This document shows, piece after piece, positions 29,318-43,329 of a DNA stretch of 64,000 nt. Source of the DNA: Octopus vulgaris (lineage: Eukaryota); the NCBI GenBank assembly GCA_951406725.2, contig OX597816.1, positions 169,880,001 through 169,944,000 on the forward strand. Direction: 5' to 3'. The notes beneath the pieces were generated by a model, which did not search any database, was not told the DNA's origin, and worked only from the letters and a program-made list of their open reading frames with translations. Numbering within the stretch: the stretch's first letter is position 1; every line of letters begins with the position of its first letter. Made by a program: the position numbers and the translations under genes.

Positions 29318-29926
29318 CACATATATACGTACACATATATATGCGTTTTGGGGTACATGACATCACCATCAACAAATAACATGATATACGAAAACAAATG
29401 AGTTAAATACGCAAACAACGAGAGAAAAAATGGAAAATAGGACAAGTAACTCGAAGAACGACCCTTCATCAGTTGGGCATTCAACGACAATATGAGTTTT
29501 CGAAGACAGTTGATCCCATAAATACCAAAATAAAATTTTGGATATGTGAAGGGTCAAAGGTGGGAACAAAAACAGGACAGTGGAAACATATAAGGAAACC
29601 GATCGAAAACAAGCACGGAGGGTCATTAGACGAGAACGAAGGTAAAATAGCGAACGCTGGAGAAATATTTTCTTTGAAAAGATAGAAGATAGAATACGTC
29701 CAGTCCTTACGACGTCCCGAAGGAAAAGAAACGTGGTCATGTGTGGAAAAGAAAGATGGACGATGGTCACGTGTGAGCAACGAGAGAGAAAAAGAGAAAG
29801 GAGAGCGAGAGAGACAGATAGAAAAAGGGAATTGGAGAAGGATGAGGAGAAAACAGTACAGAGTCGCATCAAAAAGTTTAAGTGAAACTTACTTGGAAAT
29901 GGATGCGTGACGTTCAATCAAATAAC

Positions 29927-29988
<62 letters not shown>

Positions 29989-30668
29989 GTATACACATAT
30001 ATATGTATATATGGGAACAGGACGTCCATATATATAAATATAAATGTATAAATATACATGCATTACATATAGATATAGATAATTTCAAACTAATAATAAA
30101 AGGCTAAAATTTACCAGTTTATTATTAATTTGAAACTATAATTTATCCCATGATAGAATACTGCAGTTTTCTACAGTATTGCTCATAGCATACATGTGGG
30201 CACAGTGGATGAATAGTATATTCACATTCGGCTGTGTAAATTTTGGAAGTGTTGGTTGGATATCTGTTGCACGATGTCGCTCGATCGTGTTCATAGTTAA
30301 CTCTAGCACTGACAAATGTTATAATCGGAAATGCTACACTGAAGAGAGAAGTAAGTAATTAACAACACTTTAATCTCGAAACGCGTCTGTGGCTAATCGG
30401 AGTAGTGTTGATTCATTGTTTTTCTCTTTGCCTACGTTAAAAAAAGTGTGTTACTCTCGTGGTGATTCTTACAGTGTAGAAAAGGAATGTTTAACTCTTA
30501 TTTCTAAATTCGGTGTGTGGTGAAGCAATTAGCTGACTCCTAATTATAATCATGTTTATAATTATAGAATATTTGTATATATAGATAGAGAGATAAATAG
30601 AGGGAGCGAAAGAAAGAGATAGGGGAGGGATATGTCTATAAATGCATTTATATATATATATGCATATA

Positions 30669-30727
<59 letters not shown>

Positions 30728-31000
30728 TTATATCTATATAGACTTCTACTTTATCATAGGGTCAACCAAGGACTTGTAAGAAGATATGGTAGATGGAAAC
30801 TGAAAGAAGACATACACACACACATATATACGTACACATATATATGCGTTTTGGGGTACATGACATCACCATCAACAAATAACATGATATACGTAAACAA
30901 ATGTGTTAAATACGCAAACAACGAGAGAAAAAATGGAAAATAGGACAAGTAACACGAAGAACGACCCTTCATCAGTTGGGCATTCAACGACAATATGTTT
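29318..31000. mobile_element. Probable Penelope-like pseudo-LTR debris with ~180-bp direct repeats (29318-29493 / 30818-30996)
   Basis: Direct repeat is visible and a hammerhead motif lies between the copies. No RT ORF seen. Confidence 0.55.
30333..30393 (+). ncRNA. Type I hammerhead ribozyme motif
   Basis: gctaca CTGAAGA gaga...tctc GAAA cgcg TC tgtggc. Intact core, 6-bp helix I, 4-bp helix II, palindromic helix III, GUC site. Confidence 0.85.
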
Positions 31001-31074
31001 GTATGCATGCTTATATACTTACATATGCCTATATATGTATATATGCATACAAAATATATAATGATATAAATTTA

Positions 31075-31880
31075 ATAATAGTAATGTCAGTAATGAGTAA
31101 GGCCACATGCTAGAAATATACGCCAAATGGCTCGAAGAACTACATTATTTACCACATTGGTACGGGCTGAAAACGAGGGAAATGGATAAAAGAGATTTTT
31201 TTAAATGGTTTAACCATAGATCGATTTCTAGTTTAGGGGTGTAACACTCTCTATTGTCTTCAGTATGATATAACTCAAAGTACATAATTATAAACATTTA
31301 TACATACTCATACGAATGTAGCTTATCAACAAGCGCGTTGACGAATGTGCACACTTATCTAAAGCTAAATCTAACTAGTTCATCTCAGGCACGGGCGAAC
31401 GGAACGAAATAATACTGCAGTAAATAAATTGGTTGAAGTGTTTTATATTTATCTTTATAAACAAGGACAAATCTATATAAGATTTTATCAAGTAGCCAGC
31501 ATGTAATAAACCATATAGGTAAAAATTAATAAGAAATATGTAATTATATGAATATAATTATAATAAGGGTACTAATGAGTAGCACTACATGCTAGAAATA
31601 GACGCTGAATCGATCTATGGTAAAATTATTTCTAAAAAATATTTTTTGTTCATATCCTTCGCGTTCAGCCCGTGCCAATTTGGTAAATAATGCAATTCTT
31701 AGAGCCATTTGGCATCTATTTCTCTCATGTGGCGTTAACCATTAGCGCCCTTAAAATAATTACATATATATATATATAATTATATATTTTATATAAATTT
31801 TTACCTGTAAGGTTTATCACATGCTGGCTACTTGAGAAAATCTTATATAGGCATTTATCTTGCTTATAAAGATCGTATAT
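31075..31880. repeat. Nested inverted repeats (31085-31230 vs 31605-31745; 31450-31600 vs 31715-31875), pseudo-LTR-like
   Basis: Reverse-complement matches read directly; carries a hammerhead-like motif. Confidence 0.75.
31215..31267 (-). ncRNA. Hammerhead-like motif
   Basis: Minus strand reads cata CTGAAGA caatag...cta GAAA tcga TC tatg. Core and helix I intact; base of helix II imperfect. Confidence 0.6.
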
Positions 31881-31907
31881 AAATATACATACATACATAC
31901 ATACATA

Positions 31908-31956
<49 letters not shown>

Positions 31957-32219
31957 CTTTCACTTATAAGTACATATATTTGTATATGTTCATATGAGTG
32001 CTTGTGTGTATGTGAATGTGTGTGTATACGCAAACATACATCATCAAGAGGGTGATATTTTCAACGGAGACGTTAAAATTGTATTTGATTCTCCGAGTGG
32101 TTCAATTCTATTTACCTACATATACTTACTGTTATTTATTAATGGTTTCCTCCATTGTGTTGATGTACGATTTTCTATTATTAATAAAGCTGTCGCCATT
32201 TTTGACGACAAGGATATGC

Positions 32220-32258
32220 TAGCAATAGTAGTAATAGTAGTAGCAGTAGTATTAGTAT

Positions 32259-32297
<39 letters not shown>

Positions 32298-32318
32298 CAG
32301 TAGTAGTAGTAGTACTAC

Positions 32319-32359
<41 letters not shown>

Positions 32360-32410
32360 TTGATAATAGTAGTAGTAATAACAACAACAACAATAATAAT
32401 AATAAAAATA

Positions 32411-32453
<43 letters not shown>

Positions 32454-32465
32454 CAATAATAGTAA
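32220..32465. repeat. Compound trinucleotide microsatellite (AGT)n(AAT)n(GAT)n
   Basis: Directly visible. Confidence 0.95.
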
Positions 32466-32489
32466 GAAGAATAAGAAGTGATGTAGCAC

Positions 32490-33054
32490 CATGCCTTGAT
32501 GCAGTATCAGGCACTTGCACACGTAGATTTTGATCTTAACTGACTGCAAGTGTTACCCTCGTACATGTTTTATCATAGTGTAAAAGATGGGATACAGCAA
32601 ATATTCTGCTCTATACCACAGATTAGCTTGTCAGTTGTTTGACCTTAACCAATTAAGCATGTCCCTTAGTGGATGTCGATGTGTGCATTTTTGATCACGA
32701 GTAGAAGTAGCGGGGGAGCATCATAGCCATGTGCTGAGATGAATACTTTAGGATTGGAGTTTTGGATAATTCACCTTTAGAAACATGGGTGGTTCGTTTA
32801 ACATCCTTAAACAATCCTTATTCAGGGACCTTCTGAGCGGGTTCGGCTACTCGACCAGATGAAAATTCTAGCTGGACCCCACCTGCAACGTCATGTGCTG
32901 TTTATCTTGATATGAGATCACCGTGTCGCGCGCATATGGTTGTGATGCATGTGCCTGGTGTACCCTTATCAGACGGGTAGTCATGATGGGTACACTGGGC
33001 TTCGTATATTTTACCTCAGTGTCACTTTGATGGCATGCACTGAACTCTCACTCA
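32490..33054 (+). mobile_element. Copy of the ~530-bp AAT-embedded element
   Basis: Matches 23043-23570. Confidence 0.85.
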
Positions 33055-33083
33055 ATATTAATGATAGTAACAACAACAACAAC

Positions 33084-33178
<95 letters not shown>

Positions 33179-34014
33179 GAATCCTTTCTACTAAATGTAA
33201 ATGGCCTTGAAATTTTGGGGGAGCCGACTAGTCGATTACATCAACTCCAGTGTTTCACTGATACTTAGTTTATCGACCCCGAAAAGCTGAAAGGTAAAGC
33301 TGACCTAGATGGTATTTCAAATCAGTAATTATAAAATTAATACTTGTAAGTGAAGGTTATGCTCACATTTCATCGTTTTCTATCAAGTAGACCATGGAGA
33401 CATAGTCAAGGAGGATTATTGTCGCTTCCATGTTAGTACTTATTTTATTTAGATTCGGTACTAATTCGCTTGGTCTCTTTTGTTGAACAGTCTCTTGTAT
33501 GTCATGAGTGCATGAACACCCAACAGCGGCTGTCAGGAAGTGTAGAGTAGACAACAGACACACAGACACCCACAGACACAAACACTTACGCACACACACA
33601 CATGATTCTTCACACCGTTTCCGTCTATGAAGTTCACTCACAAGCTAAAGGCGAAGAAATTTGCCCAAGGTACCATGCAATGGGATTAAATGCAAAACCG
33701 CGTGGCTGCTAAGCGAGCTTGTTATCCATACAACAATGCCGTTTAAAATGACCCACTTAGAAAACATTTCTGTAAGCTTTTCTCAATATTTACGGAGTCA
33801 TATATGTTTTCTATGGGTTTGCCAGAATTCTTTTTGTTGATACCGATGAGATCCATTTTGATCAGACTGAGCATCAATAATCTGAAGCTTGCAGAAACAA
33901 TGTTAATGGAGAACCAGGTACTGTACAAGTAATTGTTAAGAAGAGACAAGGAGCAGAGGCTGTTGCAGTAGAGACAAAAAGGACAAGGTGGGACGATAGC
34001 ATAATTGTGATAAT

Positions 34015-34340
34015 TAAAAGACTCCGCCGGTTACGACGACGAGGGTCCCAGCTGATACGATCAACGGAACAGCTTGCTCGTGAAATTAACGTGCAAATGG
34101 CTGAGCATTCCACAGACACGTATACCCTTAACGTAGTTCTCGGGGATAATCAGCGTGACACAGAGAGTGACAAGGCTGACCCTTTGAAATACAAGTACAA
34201 CTCATTTTTGCCAGCTGAGTGGACTGGAGCAACGTGAAATAAAGTGTCTTGCTCAAGGACACAACGCGTCGCCGGGAATCGAACTCACAACCTTACGATC
34301 ATGAGCCGAATGCCCTAACCACTAAGCCACGCGCCCTCAC
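34015..34340 (-). mobile_element. SINE family D
   Basis: 12-bp TSD aattgtgataat at 34003-34014 and 34341-34352; tail shared with family B; older copy at 53746-54052 (+). Confidence 0.93.
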
Positions 34341-35427
34341 AATTGTGATAATAGATTGAAACCTGTTGACGAGGGAACTATTGTTCATAAGTTCATAAGA
34401 CATGCTTTGCGATTTATTTTTGTGTATCTAGCGACAGCACCGTCGCATGTGACGCGAGTGGTACATCGTTGTTACTTGAGTTTTTGTAAAGGGTTAGCAA
34501 TTTATTAAACCTGAAGTATGTTCTGGATGTGAGACAATGTCTAGACGTGGGTTATGTTTTGTATGCAGAATCATCGGGAACGATCATCAGAGATTGTGAG
34601 GCTTTACATTTGCAGTCACTGCAAATGTTTTAATTACATGGTAAGTAATTCTTTCAAGAATATGCATATTTTTCGGATTGACAAAACAGAAAATTAATTA
34701 ATTATCATTTCTAAAATGTCACGTATTGCATAAACACACAAAAAATAAAGATAGCTATCTTAGTGGAGCTATAGCTATCAATAACACGATATAATATATC
34801 TGATAGCTATGGGAACATTCATATGTTATATTCTTGATAATAAGATAAGGTAATATTTTAATAAAAACGCGAAGAGGCGACAGACATGCAATGAACTTAA
34901 CCATCTCCTAAAATGATAGAAACAGGTATTTTTGTGGCTACTTTTATAGCAGTGGGTGAGTATATTTTCAATTTGTTACATAATTCATTTCTGTTTTGAC
35001 GCTACAACACAGTACGTCTTATTGATAAAATTCCAGTCTATAATCTTATATTGATCACATGGAAAACATTACAATATATGGTTCACTTACACAGATATAT
35101 ATCATTCTGTATGCTTACACATTTTAAGTATATCAATTTAACGGGTCTATTTAAAATTTTTACACTAAATTCATTTCGCAGTTCAGCAGATAACCCATAA
35201 TAGTAAGACACCAGCAAAACTTGACAATATTGTTGTTCATTTTACGCAAAAGTACCAGTACGTTTATGAAGGCTTATCTCAGATAATTAACCCAGCACAA
35301 AAGTTTGCTACCAAATTTTTTCAGCTACTTTGGATCAAATTATAATATATTAGAAATAAGTCAGTTCGTCCTAAGAAAATATTTACAAGTGAAAATATTT
35401 TTCTCTGTGTCACGGTCATTAACCCTC

Positions 35428-35940
35428 ATCATCATCATCATTGTTCGACCGTGGTCGAGACAATGGAATTTACCATGCTACGCCAGACTTCACGGTCCAT
35501 CATGGCATTACGGAGGTCCTGTTGCTGGATGCCTGTATCCCTGGAGATTACATCAGGGTAGGAGAGTGTGCGCCCTCTGGTATTGCAAGTAGATGGCTTC
35601 CAGAGGAGAAGAGGAGAAATTACTTCTTTTTCAGCTCTACAACAATGTCCAGCAAACTGGACTCTCCTACCTTTCACAAGAGATGACACAGGTGGTAGTT
35701 TCCCATATATTTGCATTTTGGTTGGATGGCGCCTCCACGAGAGATTTTGAGCTCTCATAAGGAGGCGAGTGTAGGTTCCATCCAACCGCTTCTCAAGCTT
35801 CTTTGATAACGTCCAGGTTTCTGAGCCATATAGTAGAACTGGTTCGACTGTGGCTTTGAGGATTTCAAGTCAGAAGTATCTACTTAGATTTGATGACCAG
35901 ATCGTATGCATGTCATTACAGGCTGACCAGGCCATACCCT
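35428..35940 (-). mobile_element. 5'-truncated RTE-clade LINE, 3' end
   Basis: DGTYTRLLMRAQNLSW...RRVQFAGHC...LLLWKP...MMDREVWR, followed by a (TGA)n tail. Confidence 0.88.
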
Positions 35941-36321
35941 CACCCCATACATCACTGCCCTTTATCCTCTTCCGCATCTTTATTAAATGGAATCCCATGC
36001 ATTACATTAAACAAAATAACATTATCCATCTAAATTTACTTTTTATGAAGGAAAGATTCATCAACACTGTTCTCAGTAAAGTGATTGGCCAACATTTAGT
36101 GATTACTAACTCTCACCATTACACTATTATATTCATGAGAAACATAAACAAATCTTAAAATCTGGATCTATCTAGTTTTACACAGATACTAAAGGATTGG
36201 TGAAATTTATAGTAGTTAACTATATGCAAAATAAAATCCAGGTATACATTAACTGGCTTGCATTACTGAATTCAGTTTTTCCTTTGTGAGATTTATTATT
36301 ATTATTATTATTTTTATTATT

Positions 36322-36366
<45 letters not shown>

Positions 36367-36382
36367 ATTATTATTATTATCA

Positions 36383-36416
<34 letters not shown>

Positions 36417-36479
36417 CATCATTATTATTATCATCATTATTATTATTATCATTATTGTTATTATTATTATTATATTTTT

Positions 36480-36785
36480 ATAGCGTACTTTCACTTCACT
36501 ACCGAGCGCAGCTCTGTGTGCCTTGGGTATGTGCTGTGATTTGTTGTGATGCTCTGATGGTTATTGTATGGAAAGTGTTCTGCGTAGGATTTGTGCAGTG
36601 CCTAGTAGTGTAATTTTCTGTATGTTATATGTGTTTGTAAGTCCTGGTGTTTTTGTTATGTATTTGTCTGAATATTTTTTTATCATGCCTAATGCACCTA
36701 CTATTATAAGAATTGTTTCTGTTTTTAGTTTCCAGTCTAGCTACCTCTATTTCCAGGTCTTTGTATTTTGAGAGTTTCTCAATTT
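36480..36785 (-). mobile_element. 3' fragment of a Dong/R4-like LINE between (ATT)n tracts
   Basis: Reverse complement of 21040-21350. Confidence 0.88.
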
Positions 36786-36794
36786 CTTTTATTA

Positions 36795-36900
<106 letters not shown>

Positions 36901-39900
36901 TGCGTGTGATATATAGCTTAGAATTCCTCACGCAAATGAATTACAGCAAACGACAAACCATAGTCTAACAAGGAAGTCCTGCAACAGGCAGTAAATGTTG
37001 TTTTGAATTTGCTATCAGATAACCAACCGCTAAAGTGGGGATGAAAATGTATATTAGAAGCAAAATTTACTAGAATTATCAGAGGAAAACTTGCATGAAC
37101 TTATAGTTGGGGGTCTTACCTAACGATTTGACAAGAAAATTCCATTCAGTCTTAGTTATTAATTTCTTTTCACAAAGCTGCAAATTAATATTTCTCTTAT
37201 TAGGCTGATGTATTTGATTCGATTGCCTTTAAACTTTGCTGGTAATTTTTCAATTGCCCATTGGAGGAAAGGTGAACCTGGCATTTTACCGATTTTGATA
37301 CATATGTAGATATACAGTTACGCGCCTGCACATACAGGCGCACACACATACACACAAACACACACACATACATATATACACACACACTAACACACACATA
37401 AGCACGTACCCACATACATCTCAAAAGTAAATACCGTTCAAGTATTTGGCCCTGGAGATCTGCATTTCCAGCGACCTCGAGGGCCACCTCCCAGTGGTGT
37501 CGGGCGTCAACGAAGAGCCCTCGACTACAACAAAACGACCAAAGTTTTTTTTTCCAAGGTCTGGGGGTCTCCCGCCCCTAAACCCTAGACCATCAATAAC
37601 AACAATAACAACAACAACAACAACAACAAAAGTAAATGTAGTAACCTTGGGTTGTGTTTAAGATATAGCATCATTTACAGAGAAAATGCCATCGGCAGAA
37701 ATTCTGAGAATAGAAAAAGATGCAACATGTCTATTGTAGAAAACCAAGCGAGGTCAGAAATTATAGTCTTATCACTTGAGCTTGGTGAATGAATGTTACT
37801 TCATCGAACGTTGTAGCTATTAAATTGTTACTTAATTTTAGCTCCTATTTTTCTCTGAATCCCTGACTGGGCAGGTTTGTCATAGCAAACCTATCAACCT
37901 TGATTAAACATATGTTGTATGTTTAGGACTGTATTACTTTATGTGTAATTTATTAAGTCGTTTAGTTGTCATTTGGTGGCAACTTCTAGCAGATAAAGTG
38001 AGCACGTAGAAGCATCACCTACTGGATTGTGTAACTAATGGGTTACTATTTAGGCACAGCAATAATTACTCGTAAGAGAAGGGAAATTAATTTTTACGTT
38101 CACGTTAGTTTTTTTAAATGAATGCATTTTATTGCTAAGCGTAAATATCAATTCATAGATACGATTCACGGGCAGATCTGGCGTCATATACTCACCGTTG
38201 GGATTATATCGCGTGGAAGAGACTTCTAAAATGTGTGGAGCAGAATAATTTCTGACCTTATGTTTTTACAGTATTTAGTTTTGATTCACTACGCTCCAAT
38301 TTTAAATACAATGTAAGTTGGTAACTTTAAGTTTTTAGATTTAATTAAATAACAATCATTACTGTAGCGTAATTCGTAATTCGTTTAGTTGATAATGCCA
38401 TTAACCAACAGAGTAAACCAATATTACAGAAATTTTCGAAGTTGTGAGTTGGGAGAGAGAATATTGAATTTCGTTCTCTAAAAACTTAGATCGTCTGGAC
38501 ATTTTATCCGTCTAGGATCGAAGCCATAGATACCACTAATATAACTGGGAAAGATAGATTTCACCAGTTGGCCCAAAATTAGATGTTGTGTTGGTCTAAC
38601 TTAAATTTGATATTAGTTAAGACTAATCCTACAGTATGTTTCGAGGAACCTCGTTCTTTCACTTGTTTTAAAAGCTCAAAAGTATGAGCACAATTGTGCA
38701 ATTCACAGCATTTTCTTTCTATAACTTGGACAAATCATACTATCTTATAAACCTCTGAGTGACTAATGACTAAGGCATGAAATATTTAGAAATAATTATT
38801 ATTGAGCGTCAAACGTAATATTCTTGTCAAGAAAGATATCCCAAAGTGCATTACGTTAGAAAAAAATTATTTTTCTTTGATAATAGGAGGTGGTTGTAAG
38901 AGTTTGAGGAATCGATAAATAATACTTCAAAGTTTTGTTGACTCGATGATACGAAGCATCATAAGACAGCTCGATTTTCTGATGTCTGAATTACAATGAA
39001 ATACACAGAGCTACTATATAACTATGAGGGGTTATCTAGAAAATTGGAAAACTAGACAAACGGAATCATTTTCTGTAAACGCCTAGAGCTAACATGATGC
39101 AAAGTTATGATGATGTTAATATCCATCATTGAAAACTAATTTATTGTTCCCAGGGCGATGAAAGGAAACGTCTCACATCGGATAAAATAATAATAAAGAA
39201 ACTCCAAGTCAAAATATTTATTGACACAGCTTTCAATGCCATTAGCAAAATATAGTAATAATGATGTATTATGTTAGAAGAAAACAAGTTTACACGCAAG
39301 AGTCATAATCAGCTGTGTATAATCAATTGCAGAGGATAGCTGATATTGCTAAAGAGAGGAAATACAACAAATCAACTCTGGAGGAAAGCAGGGATAATAA
39401 TTTGGTAACATGCAACGTACTTTTAGGAGGTTGATATGATTCATTCGAATTAACCCTCCAGATGTGAGGCAGTTACTTTGTTGATGCTAAAGAACTGAAA
39501 GACAAATTCGTCTGTAGCGAGATATTCAACGTATTTTACATGTGGAAAAAGAAATAATACTAAAATCTAAATGTTTTTGTTTCTTTAATTGGAGATATCT
39601 TTTTTAGCACTGGTGAAGTTCTACTTAGTATCAAACCTCTAACATCTGCCACGCAGAAGAATTATTTAGTCATGTGACTAGGTATCATCATCGTACGATT
39701 ATTTCCCGATTTAGAATGAGGTTTATTTATTTCCTTTTGTCAACATCACTGTATAATCTGATCACCTTTCTTTTGCCTGCCCAACCGATAGCTAGCAATA
39801 GTTCCCCCTTTTGTTATGTTTTCTCACGTCAGAAATAGAAGTAATTAAAGTTTAATTTTGAGTATAAAATAAAAATCAAATTTTGGCATAAGGCCAGCAA

Positions 39901-40419
39901 TTTCGTGGGGAATTTTAAGTTGATTACCTCGACCTTAGCGTTCAACTGGAACTTATTTTATCAACCTCGAAAGGATAAAAGGCAAATTTGTACCCTGGTG
40001 GCATTTGAACTCAGAACATAACGTCAGAAAAAATGTCGCGAAGCATGTTGTTCGGCGTGAAAAAGATTTCGCCCACTCTCCGCCTTCATGAAAATTGATT
40101 AATTAAAATGAAGAATACTACATGGTTTGTACGTGAATAGTTCTCTTAACAATCTTCAGACACTAATCGATATATATATATATACCTATTCAGTATAGCT
40201 TTATGTGTCTGAAACAAGTATGAATTTAAATGAAAATTATGTGCCTCAGAAAACATAGTGATGCTTATAATATCAATCCCGCAGGTAGAAAAGAAAAATC
40301 TGACATCGGAAATATTCGAATTCCAAGAGCAGATAGACAGCACTAAATTCTCTATTTTGTCCAACAATCTAAAGACTGTGAAATTGATTATGGGGTTGAA
40401 TCTTGAAAGATCCCCTCCA

Positions 40420-40680
40420 AGGTACAAGACCAAGCAAGGTTGTTTTATGGAAGACCAGCATCAACCCCTCTCCACGCCACCAATATTATCCAGGGGAAAG
40501 GCAATGGCCGATACAGCTTGGCACTTGTGACGTCGCAACTCTACACTGAGTGGACTGGAGCAATGTGAAATAAAGTGTCTTGCTCAAGAACACAGCATAC
40601 AACCCGGTCCGGAAATGGAACTCACCACCTCATGATTACAAGCCCGATGCTCTAACCACTGAGCCATACGCCTTCACATA
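40420..40680 (-). mobile_element. SINE family E (head and centre like D, different tail)
   Basis: Shares gagtggactggagcaa.gtgaaataaagtgtcttgctcaag with 34217-34260. Confidence 0.75.
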
Positions 40681-42563
40681 CATTTGAGTACTTGAACAAA
40701 GAATGGGAGTAAAAACGTTTCTCTAATTGTTTTACTGATCTAGTTTTCTTAATTTTCTTTTTGTTTCTGGGATGAAGCAAACAATAGAATAAAGGGAAAT
40801 GCGTAAGTAATAGAAGGGGAAAATTATTTGTTATGGTACTTCATCTATCAAACAATCTGATCAATAACTTACTCAGATTTTCACCTTTTTGCCTCTAGCT
40901 TCTGTAATATTTCTGTGTTCTGCAAATCAAACTGGAGTTCTATCATTGCCACTGAATAACGAAGTAATTCAATGTGACCAGTTGGAACTATCATTGCGTG
41001 TTGACCAACCAGTTTTGAATAGTTTATTACTTACATTTATTACAACAGAGAGAGAAGTATCTTCTTGATGTTAGGTGCACCGGACGATTAAGAGCCAACT
41101 GCTTAAACATAGATACATTACTGAGTTAGTGATGGGATATAAATTCTCATCTTACCTTTTGGACAGGTATCATTTTGCTATATTAGTAGCGGTATAGACT
41201 AAAATACGGTTTTTATTTCCCAGAGAAAGAAAATTCCTTGTGTGTTCTGTTGTCTATAGTAAAAGAATGAGAAAATTTAAACAAGATAAAGCATCTAATT
41301 TGACTATTTATTATTTTAAACCGCACAAAAAGCACCAAGATAGGTAAAAAGTTCAAAGACTGGCTTAATATTACAATTTTAGTCAGGAGAAAGGTACAGA
41401 AAGTTAAATGGACCTCAGTATTTCAATGGAACGTTAGGTGAGTAAATGTAGTAAGGAATTTGCCCGTTGTATTGCAGAGATTACCATTCCAATAGCATTA
41501 AGAGGAGAAATAAAAATTCTTCATGTATAGAGTGGCACATTCATTGTCAGTTGAAGTTTTCCTACTAAAGACTCAGACAAATTTCGAAGTCATGCCCTTC
41601 ACCTGATAAAAATATAGTTAAGTGGGAGAAAATCTTCAAATGGTGAGCAAAAGGAATGCTCAAATTAAAGATATACCCGTAACGAAGAGAAAGGTCAATA
41701 AGGTTAAATACATAATTCTTACGCTAGTACAGTGACAATATGCTTGTAGTATCACTCATTTGGAATCTGGTGTGTCTTAGAATAGTCTTCGCTCATAATG
41801 CGGAAACTTGTTTGGAATTGTCAATGCAAATATGTAAGATCAGACTTAATTTCTCCTGCATTATATTATGCAATTTATAATCTCAACTTTGCAATTGTCT
41901 GTCTTTTGCTTCTTGCTAATCCTTTTTCTAGCGATTTCCCTTTTTATTGCGGTTGTCATTTTCATTAATTCTTATTGTTCAATACATTAAATATGTTAGC
42001 TCTAACGTGACGAGATGTTCCCACAAAACCCCGATACGTAATATTTATTTTGTATTGGGGATGCCAGAGCAAAGAAAAATATTTCGGGGGTAGATTAAGG
42101 GTTCGAAGTCACGTAAACCTGCATTGACCGTTTATTAAAACCAATTTTCAAGTATGGTGTAGGTTTGTACAAGTCGGTGGTGGGGTATTTCGACAGAAAA
42201 TACTTTTAATTTCTGTTGAGAAGTCACAATACGAAGTTTAGTGATCGTCAACTAAATCGAAATTCCTCATATTATCGGTACTATTTTATCTGCAGTTCAC
42301 GGTTTATAATAACTAAATCGACTTGCATGAAACTAGACAAAATGCAAAGCCATAAAATAATATTTATATCGAGGAGGCAGTTTGATAAAACATTTTGTAG
42401 CCAAAAGGTTAACTAAATTTTTTATAATAAGAGAAAGTGGAGACAAGAGAGAGAGACAAATACTTTCTGATTAAAAATGTAAGATTTTACGGCTTTTGTC
42501 CATACAATTCAATTATCATGAAGAATTTATGTAATCCTTTTAATTGTTGTTATTGTTTTGCAG

Positions 42564-42618
42564 TGTCATCTCTTGCACCACCTCCCCCAGAAGGCTATGT
42601 GTACGTTCTGCCTCAACG
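42564..42618 (+). CDS. Zinc metallopeptidase gene, first supported coding exon (xSSLAPPPPEGYVYVLPQR)
   Basis: Acceptor ttgttttgcag and donor CG|gtaagg. The phase-2 end joins the T starting exon 50555 (CG+T = Arg). An in-frame ATG at 42518 is an alternative start. Confidence 0.65.
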
Positions 42619-43036
42619 GTAAGGATATTATTTACAATTATCAATATGAATAATAAAGGCATTATTATAAAATAATTTCGTTTATATGGATTTTGGATGC
42701 CACAAACGAGAAATTATTGTTTGATGTCCTTTTCTTTAAAATTTACTAATATAGCATTACTTCATGGATATCAAAAGCAATAAATCAGTCTCCTGAACTA
42801 TATTTTGTATTTTGATGATATCTAGCCTTGCTGATATCATCATTTGGAATTAGACACAATGAATCGTGCTTCCAAACATCAGGGTATAACCCCGTAGAGA
42901 GTGAGGGATAATTGATGAGTTTCAGAGTTTCATGTGTATAGATGAAAGTTCCAGGACTATTTTCTTTTCCTTAAGTGTAGCGAAGGGACATTTTCAGGTC
43001 TAGTAGCCTTGTTGGTCTGAATCATTTGAAAGCAAA

Positions 43037-43329
43037 GTGCCTTGTGAGTGGATTTGGTAGACGGAAACTGAAAGAAGCCTGTCGTATATATGTATATATA
43101 TATATATGTGTGTGTGTATATGTTTGTGTGTTTGTCCCCCTAGCATTGCTTGACAACCGATGCTGGTGTGTTTACGTCCCCGTCACTTAGCGGTTCGGCA
43201 AAAAGAGACCGATAGTATAAGTACTGGGCTTACAAAGAATAAGTCCCGGGGTCGATTTGCTCGACTAAAGGCGGTGCTCCAGCATGGCCGCAGTCAAATG
43301 ACTGAAACAAGTAAAAGAGTAAAAGAGTA
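43037..43329 (+). mobile_element. 5'-truncated SINE family A (intronic)
   Basis: Matches the 3' two-thirds of family A. Confidence 0.92.

Noticed and set aside
29345-29480. CTGATGA-containing motif on the minus strand of the direct repeats (also 30845-30980)
   Set aside because: No GAAA partner or helix I complement, so it cannot be folded as a hammerhead.
38260-38312. MFLQYLVLIHYAPILNT followed by a strong gtaagt donor
   Set aside because: The phase-2 end is incompatible with the phase-1 start of exon 42564 and no bridging exon was found.
41383-41427. Phase-compatible candidate exon ending in a gtgagt donor (SGERYRKLNGPQYFNGTL)
   Set aside because: It overlaps what looks like a decayed SINE family F copy and has no independent support.
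41868-41990. Hydrophobic signal-peptide-like short ORF
   Set aside because: T-rich composition explains it, and there is no credible donor in the required phase.
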